DNA of 51,289 bases, the filler included, from Stramenopiles sp. TOSAG23-6 (Eukaryota), in assembly GCA_900128565.1 (NCBI GenBank). It is 2 parts of 2 records of this genome, joined end to end, with 100 filler letters (N's around TTAATTAATTAA, not from the genome) between each part and the next. Parts side by side here need not be neighbours in the genome. Positions count along the whole stretch, not along the records: positions 25,723 to 51,289 come from LT635995.1; 1 more part is not named here. One strand, written 5' to 3'. The translations under genes were made by a program, and so were the position numbers. Below, in pieces: positions 37,976 through 48,700 of the stretch (its first letter is position 1; every line of letters starts with the position of its first letter). Below the pieces are notes generated by a model. That model worked only from the letters and a program-made list of their open reading frames with translations. It made no database searches and was not told where the DNA came from.

Positions 37976-40638
37976 TTAAATTTTGGTTATTTTCTTTGAT
38001 ATCCTAGGCTGCTTTTTAGATTTGTTTTTTTTATTCTTCAGTAGTGTTGATCTATTGTTGTGTTTTCTTCTGCTGTGTTTGTTCTTTCCTTTCCTGATAT
38101 TTATTGAACATTTTCGCATACCGTTGATCTTTTCTTTCCTGATATCTATTGAACATTTTCGCATACCGTGTTTATTTTGTCGACCTTCAATATCTGCTTG
38201 AAGAGAATAATTATTGTTCAGAAATATATTTGGTGTTAATGCTCTTCGTACTCCATTATTATCTCGAATACCATCAAGCATTGCAAGCTTTTGCCGTCCT
38301 TTCACACTCTTCAAACCTAACTTGCTACGCTGTTCTTTCGAATACGACGTAGATATTGGGCGATTCCGAAATGAATTTAACTCAAGTCCCCCAGATAAGG
38401 AAAATAAACTTCTCTTTCTTTGTTTATATGCAACTTCCCAAGCATATTCATCTTTATTTTTTAGATTTCTATCTCTTTTTGATTTAGATTTTTGTTTCTC
38501 AAAAGATAATGAAGAGGTAATACTGCTAAATGCATGTAATTCCTTTTTCATGATCAAGCGTGAGTAATTAATTTTCCCACGACTTGCAATTATACGTTGA
38601 TTATTTATAGCTTGTTTACTCTGAATTCTTAGGGCGCGACTGAACACACCTCCAGGTTCGACTGACATTGGTCTATGACCTAAATTATTACGCAATTCTG
38701 ACGCTTTTATGTCTTTAATGAACGGAAGCTTTGCCAACATAAATCGAATAAGCACCTCATCGCCAGAAGCAAAACAGTAGTGTAAAGGAGTATTTCCGTC
38801 ATCATCTCTGGAGTAAGCATCAACTTTATACTTTAACAACTCACTAACTACAAGTAATTTGCCTGATGCAGCTGCGAGACTCAAAGCGCAACGTCCATGA
38901 ATATGTATGATGAAAAAANATTTNAAAAAAAAAANCTAANTTNGTTAGGTACAAAATTTCGTACGAAAAAACATTTGGACAAAAAATTAAAATGAAAACG
39001 TACATCTCGACTATTCACAAGTTTTACGACATTTCTATTGAACTTTTGCAAAGTATCATTGCGGTGTATATTCTCGTCTAGGTCTTTTCTGTTCGCATTA
39101 GCAATCGCAAATTGAACTGCGGATAAATCGCCCTTGATACAAGACTTAAGAAAAGATTGCGTTGGTTTAATTATAGGCTTGCTTCTATGAGTACATGACC
39201 GGGATTTTCCAAATGATTTTCGCCAAGCATTCCAGTTAGCTGCATGATTATTTCTGGACTCTGCAGAAGCCTTTATGCACTGCATCTTAGATAAAATTAT
39301 GCTACGTAATATAGGCTGTCTTCTATTGAATACTGAAGAAATTGCAGAGACGTTTGCTGTTGCGCCTGATGCCCTCGATGCCAATGCTGCTAGCCTTGCA
39401 ACTTGAGCTGCAATAGCATTCGCCTCCCTACATCGTGTTTCTTCCGAAGAAACTGTCTTGCGTATTGCCGTATTCAGATGAAATAATTTTCTATATTTTG
39501 CTTTAATAGGTTCTGGGTCAGAGACAACTACTTTAGCTCTTTTTTTTTTCTTTTGATTAATTCTCCTAGCATACTTTTTCTTATTCTCATCTCTTTTCTT
39601 TTGCATAAAAATAAGCAATTCACGCCGTTTGCGCAAGCGTGTTATTCTATCTTTTCTTGCGATAGCAATCCACATACGTGCAAAACTTCCAAGCATAATT
39701 GCGGCATCTTTCATCTCGTCAGTATGCAAAGATGATAGCTCATCGTCTGAAAGAGGTGGAGCAAAAGAAAGCGACATTTTTTCCAAATGATGCGATTTTG
39801 TCCAAAATCGTCTGTTTTTTTGTAGTCTCTTTATATCACCAAATAGGTATTTGTCTACAGCAATTGAATCGATATGGGTAAGAAAGTATCCTTTTCTAAC
39901 GCCAGCAAGCTGTACTGGAGACTTTCTGTCAGTCAATGTAAATCCATCACAGATTGCGCCTATTTGAAAACCCCCCAATAGAGTTGCAGGTTTAAGTCGA
40001 ACAATGGAGCGAGTATTACTATCATCAGGGCTTATATGGATACAAATTGGTTTTACTAAACAAGGGCGCCGGGTATAATAACCACGATATATTTTTTGTA
40101 TTTTAGTAGCACTTGGATCATACACAACATTTCTTTTCACTTTTTGAAAGTGTTTTCTACCGAACGTGCCTCGCACAAGACATTGAATTTTTACGGCAGC
40201 ATCTATTCGAAGTTTCTGCTTCTGTGCTACGAGTATATCTCTTGCCTTTTGGCAAGCCTCGCTTGCTTGTTTCTTTGCTAGTATTGCTGTCTGATTATTC
40301 CTTTTCTTTGTGTGGGAATCCTGATTTTTCAACTTTTCTGACCTGATTCGCTGAAGTTCTTTTTTTCTGGTAGCTTTCGCCTTTTCCATTGCTTCAATGC
40401 GAGCATTTTCCTTTTCTCTCAACAATTCAGCTTCGCGCTCCTTTTTCTTCAATGCCAAGGCTGTTGCTTTAGCAGATATTTCTTCCATCTTTTTTTGTTT
40501 TGCTATGATAGCCGCTTGCTTTTCCGCAGCTCTCTGCGCTACAGCATTCTCAATGGCGTCTTTCGCAGCAGCTTTTACATCCATGTAGCTTCCTCCATTA
40601 CCTAATAATTCCTGTGCTTCATCGTTATTAAAAGGCAT
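37976..40638 (-). CDS. Coiled-coil / IQ-motif / PDZ-like / ankyrin-repeat protein (exons 40638-39004, 38902-37976; 853 aa)
   Basis: IQ motifs AVKIQCLVRGTFGRK and ATKIQKIYRGYYTRR. Ankyrin repeats VNSRDIHGRCALSLAAASG (spliced) and SRDDDGNTPLHYC. Confidence 0.8.
38903..39003 (-). other. GT-AT family intron 11 (101 nt)
   Basis: GAT|GTACGTTTTC...GTACGAAATTTTGTACCTAAC...TTCATCATACAT|ATT CAT GGA restores ankyrin D-x-x-G-x-x-A-L spacing. The next two AGs are out of frame. Confidence 0.9.
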
Positions 40639-41044
40639 CTCTCTTATTTGTAAATACTATAACGCCGCATTCTAGCAGTATCTCTTTTTGAAGGTCATTA
40701 TTGATCTTGATCTTGAGAAAGATTTGTACTCGGAGGTGGCCTCGGAACACACACGTAGGCCTTTTCGATGCCTAGTATTAGGGTATATGGATCGGGATAT
40801 GCCCGGATAAACCCCGCTAATGAAACCGTCGAGAAACCGTCCAAAAAAAAATAATATTGACACCACCATCATCGAAATCTCGTGGTACACGGTACACTTC
40901 CTAAGAAGTGGTCCAAAGAACGTGAAAGTCTCTCAATATTAATAGTATTTGACATCACTAGAGTGTTTATTTCGTTCCAACGCTGCCAAAGTGTACCTTA
41001 CGTTATATACAAGCGACAAAATATTAACCAAACAATAGTATAGA

Positions 41045-41347
41045 ATGTCAAGTACTGATGAGACTACGTATGTCAAAATAAAAAGTGCAGAGGGGCATGA
41101 GTTTATCGTCTCGAGAGAGGCTGCTTTGGTATCCGGAACTATGAAGGCGATGCTTTCAGGTGATTTCGCTGAGTCAAGAGGTGAAATGTCATTTCCTGAG
41201 ATATCTACTGATGTTATGGAGAAAGTAATTCGATACCTTTATCATAAACACAAATATTCAAATTCTACGAGTACTGTTCCGGAGTTTGAAGTAAAGCCAC
41301 AAGATGCCCTTGAACTCTTAATGGCAAGCAATTACTTGGACTGTTAG
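41045..41347 (+). CDS. ELOC: Elongin C (intronless, 100 aa)
   Basis: YVKIKSAEGHEFIV...SGTMKAML...FPEISTDVMEKVIRYL...PEFEVKPQDALELLMASNYLDC. Confidence 0.95.
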   Translation: MSSTDETTYVKIKSAEGHEFIVSREAALVSGTMKAMLSGDFAESRGEMSFPEISTDVMEKVIRYLYHKHKYSNSTSTVPEFEVKPQDALELLMASNYLDC

Positions 41348-41447
41348 ATAAAATGATTGTGCTGGTATAGCGAGGTTTATAACAATTTTTATAATATATA
41401 CGTCGCGATTATCTACTTTTGTATATTTCTTTTTTTAAATCAAAAAG

Positions 41448-41559
41448 ATAATTTGTTGTAACTTTAATCAAAGTCAATTTATTTGATAATTTGTTNTTTG
41501 TTTAATCAAAGTCAATTTATTTGATAATTTGTTGAACTTTAATCAAAGTCAATTTATTT
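41448..41559. repeat. ~37-bp imperfect tandem repeat (about 3 copies) between convergent genes
   Basis: TTTAATCAAAGTCAATTTATTTGATAATTTGTT recurs. Confidence 0.85.
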
Positions 41560-41617
41560 AATGTTTCAATTCAATGACACCACATGGTTCTGGACCTCAC
41601 AATAAAAGTCATTCGCA

Positions 41618-42439
41618 TCACCCAGTAGAAAATTGTTTACAAATATTGAAAGAATATTTCGATTTAAAGATAGAGGTCTCATATATTGTGAAAAATATTT
41701 TTTTTTTTTTTTAGTAAAAATAAAAAAACTCGTTAGGTACACAATTTCGTATGAAAAAATACATTTAGGTAAAATATTTATGATGTAAACGAACATGATC
41801 CTGGCAAAAGAATTCCATTACAGCTTTCCATTTTCCACGAAACATTAACCCTTTCGGAGCTTGTGCCCAGTCACAACGAGGATATTCAAAAACGTGAGGC
41901 TCGCTGGAAGGCCCGTAACAGCCAAGCATACAGGATTCCACTTCATTCTTCACTTTTGACCTGACTGTATTTTTAAACTGTAAGCCCACTACGATTTCCC
42001 TGTTTACAGTGAACGAAATTCGAAACTTGTACAAAGAACCTTGCTTTATGTCAAATGCTTTGGTTTTTAGTTCATGCAAACCTTCTGGAGTTGAAAGTTT
42101 ATACACTACATCCTTGCCAGGTCTACCTTCAAATATTATTCGAAATTCTTCGATAACTACGCGAGGGAGTTCCGCATCCGCCGCAAGGTATCCACCCACT
42201 GCTGCGTCCCCTAGTAAGTCTCTTTTATATTTCTCTAAACTTGCATCACCTTGGTGCTTGGCTAAAATTGATGATAAAGCAGCCTTTGGCGGAGCTTTGT
42301 ACATTCCAGATGATCTGCGCCTTGGACGTTGTGGTTCAACTTCATTTGTTGAGTTTACATTCTCTTTTGAAGTAGTTGTTTCTGAATTTCTATCAATCTT
42401 CTCTACACAGTCATCTAGAATTTCTTCTGTAGCTACCAT
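41618..42439 (-). CDS. ARHGDI: Rho GDP-dissociation inhibitor (exons 42439-41795, 41680-41618; 235 aa)
   Basis: Motifs DASLEKYKRDLLG, IKQGSLYKFRISFTVNREIVVGL, MLGCYGP and APKGLMFRGKW. The spliced C-terminus FCQDHETSIFKSKYSFNICKQF aligns with [22 protein letters not shown]. Confidence 0.9.
41681..41794 (-). other. GT-AT family intron 12 (114 nt)
   Basis: CAT|GTTCGTTTAC...TGTGTACCTAAC...TTTTCACAATATAT|GAG supplies the missing RhoGDI C-terminal strand. Confidence 0.85.
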
Positions 42440-42707
42440 AGTAATTCTCTGGGGTTCTTGATGTTCGATGCTAAAATTAGTTTGATCTCTGACTGAATGA
42501 AACTATCAGTATAAGATTAATTCGAACAAAGACTCCACACTCTTCCTATCTTCGACTGTGTCGACATTAGAAACGCTTGCTTGCGCTTGACCCGTAAAAA
42601 ATAGCAAATCGAAATGAAATCACGAAAACTAATTTTAAATTTTTACGGGCAATTTATAAAATAAAATAAAAAAAGCAAACAAATTCTTAAGTTTTTTTTT
42701 TCAAATT

Positions 42708-45700
42708 TTAAATTTCCTCCTCTGCACTTTCTTCAACATAATCTGATGCATATAGAGCTCTATTTAATTGAGGCTTCCACATCTCAGGAAATTCTGGTAA
42801 TGGAAAAGTCGCCCAGGCATATTTTGTGAAAAAATATTTTTTTTGTTTTGTAAAATTCGTTAGATACAAAATTTACTACAAAAAAAAAAAAGTAAAAAAT
42901 TCAATTTTGAAAACGTACACATTTTGCCTTTTCAAATGAATCCAATGGTATGGGTTTGCAAAACCAAATATCGCCACCACCATGCTGCCTTTCATTTCTA
43001 AATCCTAAATTGTATTCTTTTCTATCACCATCTTGATATAAGCAAGTATGAGTTTTTCTTGCACTGTTGTACGCAACTAAAATACATTCGTATCGACGAG
43101 TTTTCCATTTTGTACTCAAAAAACGACCAATAATCGATTCATGTTTTGTGAAAAAATATTTTTTTTGGTAAAAAACAATTGTTAGGTACAAAATCCCGTA
43201 TGAAAAAAAAAAATGAAATCCATAATAAAAACGTACAGGTTCATCGTCAGAGTCATATTCCATTTCCTTGCATACTTCAAATGATATTTTTTCTCTTTCA
43301 AGCATCTTATTATTATCATCCTTATCACAAATATCATTACTATTAACTACGGAATTACATTTTCGTTCAGCTATATCCAACATGACTAATTTGTCATGTA
43401 ACGCCGCACAATCATTTCTTAAGAAACGCTTGTCATCATGACCATGATTGTAGTTATAAAAACTCGAACTGGCTCCATTCATAGAGGTCATCTGACTTGG
43501 CTTCCAGTCTCGTTTCATTAATAAATCTTTCCCATTTGCCACTGCAGCATCATAGCGACCTGGATCATTTGCACGAAATACAGGCATTGGTGATGTTCCT
43601 TGAGTATTTGGTCGGTCAAAATACATATCAAATCTAAACTTTTTACAAAACTGTTTCGATTCTATACGAAAATCTTTAGCTTTTGACGATGAAAGCCATG
43701 ATGCTATTATAAAATTTCTCTTGGCGAGTCGCATCACATATTCTAGACAAAACTCAGTACACCGTAAAATATTACTATGTGAAGTTGATGCCTCCAAAAC
43801 ATCCGGCATTAAGTCATCAATACATCGTCGTAGAAATGAATTCGGTTTCTTTCTACTATTAGAAATGTCTGCAGGTTTTAACATTAAATCAATTAATCTA
43901 AAAACACCCTTCACCTGATCATGAAAGCTTTCTTTGATTAGATTACAGCAATTCTTTACAAAAATATTTATAATTTTTGGGTTCCCCGTTGTGGTACTTT
44001 CAACTTCACTCATACGATATGATAAAGACTTGATAATTTTAGCCACTAGATCAACAATAAGCGTTTCAGTCTCTGAAGATCCAAGACGATCATCAACAAT
44101 AATCAACTTTGAAAAAGATTTCACCGCATTTGGGGAGGAGAGTAACACAAAGTCAGCAAGGTCTACTATATCAATCAGAGTGCTAAGAGTTCGAAGAATT
44201 GGTGTGACTTTTTTACAGTTAATTTGGGCAAAAGTATGACCAGAACAAATTTCATTCAATCTCTCCAGAGCCTGTGATATTATGCCACTGCATGTAACCG
44301 GTATTGGATTCTTATAGTCCATATATAAATTATCATTATTAGGAAGAGTTAACAAATACTTTCGTATTGCAGTGCCAGAAGGACTAGAAACTCCGGACAG
44401 CTCCGACAGAAGTGACCACGTGAACATCCACGGTTGTGTTGGAAGTAAAGATCGATTCCAAGATTTTTCAATAATACGACAAAATACAGGCCGTTTTGAT
44501 AGAGATTCTTCATATGTATCGTGTAGTGTTTTAATAGTCTTTGAATCGCAAATCGCTACTTCTTCTGAGTCTTGAACACTGCCATCATATGGAACTGTAA
44601 ATGAAAGCTGAGCCGCTGGTTTATTTGGACAACGAGATTTTGGACAACGGTTATTTGAAATATAACCATCTGTAAAATATTTTATGACCCATTCGCCCTC
44701 ACAGTCTGGAGACCAGTATTGTCCAAACCTCACAACAATTGTTGTTGTTTCATCGATACCAGAGAGTCCGTCTTTTTTACTATTTGTACCAAATTCTGTA
44801 CCAACATTTTCTGTACTGTCTATATCGTGAGAGACGACGTGGGAACTCAATATAGCCTCGTAACAACGCCCTCTGTTACCCGCACGATCGTAAGGTAATT
44901 CATCAGTATCATCACTAGATTTGTACAATCCGATCCAACTTCCATGTATTTTGGAAAAATATTTCAAAAAAAAATCGTTAGGTACAAAATTCGGTACAAA
45001 AAAAAAATCAAATTTTAAAAAAAATAAAACATACATTTATAAAGGTCCCAGGTATCTTCACCGTAACTGTAAAATCCTCATTGACATTAACTGCCGATAC
45101 ACTAAGCTTTGCAACAGGATACGGAGGGAGCAATAATGCAGAATTTGAGGCTAGCTCATCACTAGACATGGCACGAGCTTGAGTTTTCATTGCAAGTACA
45201 ATCAATTCTTTAGCGATTTGCTGTCGAATAACTCTTACGGATCGACCCACAATATTTTCTGACCCTGAAGCAAACACGAGATATTTCATTACTTCAGAGT
45301 TTTTGCACAACCAATCAAGTAACCATGAAGAAGCTGGAGGAGCAAGAAGCAAACGTTTCAATGCACACAAAACATCAGGCATTAGTTCTTCTCGTGTTGA
45401 CGTATCCGTAGAAGTGACAAAAGAACCGAACAAAAACGAAACTCCCACGCGTGTTGCCAATTCTAATGATGAAGTTATATCAGACTTCTCCGACTTCTTC
45501 ATCACGGTGCTGCTGATATCACTGGCAATTGAACTAAAAAGAGACGTTAAAAACTTATAGTATTCTTCGTCTTGGAGTACTTGATTTTTCCATAATTCCA
45601 TATTCGACTCCATAATTTCTGTCATTATCGCAGGTGGAACCCTACCTCTCTGCAATTGCTGTATTCGACGTTCAGCATTAGCAACTGAAAGTTTTCGAGC

Positions 45701-48700
45701 GAATCCACCGGCAACGGTGGCAGCAAAAACTGTATTTAAATTATTTACTTCTTTAACTCCTGACTTTTTGTCTGGATCTTCTACTAGGTTACTATTTTCA
45801 TTCGTTTTACTCACGTCTGCATTGTTTTGAACATCTCTAGAAGGCCATTCAGAAGAATGCAATCGATCATATACAATAACATAGGCACTCTGAGCTCTGC
45901 GACCTCCACCAAAACAATCTCCTGGAATTCTCGCTGGGTCATATTTTTGTGTTAAACTATCGTTAAATTCAACCCAAGTTGAATTAGAATTTGATGTTGG
46001 ATTTTCGCTTTCTCTAGTTTTGCAATAAGAAAAATAATGACCACTGTTGAAGGCGCCACGATGTATTTGAATGCCAGACAACTTATATTGATAATATTCA
46101 GGGGGATGTTCCGTAGAATATTTTGTACCAGATTTATCATCGTCATCCGAGAGTGATCCATCGCCATTATTTTCATTTTTCGCTTCAAATTGTTTCTTTA
46201 AATAGCATTCTAGACTATAATTATACATATTCAATTCATTCGGAAAACGAAGTTCATCGTTGTGCTTCACCATAGTTGCAGGAACTGTTGACCAATCTGC
46301 TTCAAACCTTTTCAATACAAACATTAAATATCTTGGCATTTTGTTCATAAACGGGCGAAGGCGAGTTTTTACACGTTCTTCTTTTTCTTCGCCGTCATGC
46401 CATCTGAACTCAGCTTCATTTCCATCAAAAAACTGTTTTAAACTAGCTTCAAGGGTATCATGTCCTTTCACATCAACAGTCAAGTATAACTCTCCTTCAC
46501 CTGGTGCATTGCCTAGTTCTCTTAATTTTGTCCCTGGAAACTTTACACTATCTGCTTCTTTCAATCTTGACATTGGAATACGAAAACAATCGTCAATAAC
46601 AGCTTTTGCATCGACGGAAGATTCTAATCGATTGATAATAGAAGTAAGATATTCAGTCGAATCTTGTTGGACAGATACATTCACTGGATTCCCATCATAA
46701 TCTTGTAATGCAGTACATAAACCATCGCTACGAAAATCCTGCAATCGAGATTCCTGAAGATGGGCCAATAACCTTTGAAATTGCCATAAAACACTTTCCT
46801 CCCGAGCAGTTAAATTACCTCGATCAGGTAGATCTTCCGATTCTTCGGCACTAATAACTGCTAAAATACCTTTTCGGAAACGAGGCATCATGAATAATTG
46901 CTGATTTGTGCTATTCATATAGCAAATACAACATGGGTTATGAAGACCAACGTAACCAGCGCTGCTTCGACCTTGTGCGAAAATGGCAGGATCTTGAGCA
47001 GATCTTTTCTCCCAATAGGAATTTACAACAGAAACATTTGCATTGCCACCCGTAGGATAAGCAGGAGGAGCACGTTCTTCTTTCTTTTCTAAATATTCAA
47101 TACTTGGCATTTCATGATGAGCAGCAACTAAAACACAAAGCTGCTCCCAATTTTTACGACAGCCTTTCGCTAATTCAGCCAACACAGATAATGCAAATTT
47201 TCGGGTTACGGGATTTTTACATTTTGGAGGCTCTAGATGAGATGCACTGACATTAGGTACACAAAAAAGCCCGGTATCAAATAATTCTTCTACTAAACCT
47301 CTACCATTTAGTTGTGCTGCCTCTGTTGACATTTGACCAACATATTCTTTCAATTCAGGACCACCGAGCGGTGCTATTTCTTCTACCGTTTCCGTTTTAA
47401 TTTCTAAATTATTGAATAATTCTGGAAGATCGTGATGCTTTCCTTCTTCTGTTACTGAAGGTCCACCACAACGCAGTAACAAAGCAAGCATCAACGATAA
47501 TAACCCTTGTAAAATTTTATCTTGAGGGGCATTTTCATCAGAACTCGTTTCCGTAACTGGATGTTGTATGTATTTTGGAAAGATATTTCAAAAAAAAAAA
47601 CTAAGATTTGTTAGGTACAAAATTTTTATAAAAAAAAATCGATTTTTTTGTGAAAAAAAAAATAAAACATACATTATCATTTGAGATACTTTCATGAGGA
47701 GTCGTTTCATTGGCCATTGAGCTGGTAAAGACGACGCTGATAGAAATAGTTTCCGTAATAAAGTGACTAATTCGTGACACCTTTCGTAACATTTATATGT
47801 ATAGTGGAAAATATTTCTAAAGTTCGAAATTGGTCAAAACAAATGTTATAAAAAAAATCGAAAATTGGTAAAAAATTATGAAAAAAACGTACATAAACTC
47901 CCCAAGGCATTTTCTCCCAACAACAAAGATAACATGAAAGAATCTAAATTTTGTTCAGTTTGTTCCGTTTCGTGAGAAATATTTGAATCTCCATTTCCCA
48001 AAGATATTTCGCGTAGCTGTACGCACAACCGATACAAACCAGACGAAACTTCCGATCTCACAGCTTTTTGGTGGGACTGCAACAGAGGAAATAAAATAGC
48101 ATTATCAACAGCTTCATATGAGAACAACGAAGATAATAACGCGGGTTCTTGGAGAAGAGTGATCACTAAAAGATTGATAGTAAAACGCGCAACATCAGGT
48201 CTAGTGGATAATCCTCCTCCTTGGGTTGTTGACTCATTATCGATAACACTAACTATGTCTTCTTGATTATCAGCATGAGAGACCTCGGCAATTGGAATGT
48301 CTTCTTCTACAGCATTACATTCGTCTACTGGAGATTCATTAGAAATATTGGGTGTATTACCTGGAGAAGTTGCTGCAACTTTCAAAATATCGAGAAGTCG
48401 TACCACGCCTTCTGCGCCAAATTTGGCATTTTCACTACCAGAATAAACATCACTAGAAAAGTGGATCGTCACACGTAAAAGAGTCGCTGCACATGTAATT
48501 CCTAGAGGATTTTCTAATAAAGTAACAGGATCTAATGCTAAAAGTACAGAGTGTAAATGCACGACTCCTCCTGATTTAATAAAATTTTGACCCCAAACAA
48601 TAGCTTCTTTTTGTTCCTGTATACTGCGCTCGCCGCGAGGAATTACAATTTGTTCAACAATTTGAAGGCAATATAATAACTTCAACATATTATCAGGATC

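Noticed and set aside
40660-40900. Slightly GC-richer segment with faint U2/U4 snRNA-like words (AAGATCAAG on the minus strand, GCAGTATC) and a 72-aa ORF
   Set aside because: Matches are too short, with no convincing snRNA structure. It is more likely divergent promoter or UTR sequence; an Rfam scan would settle it.
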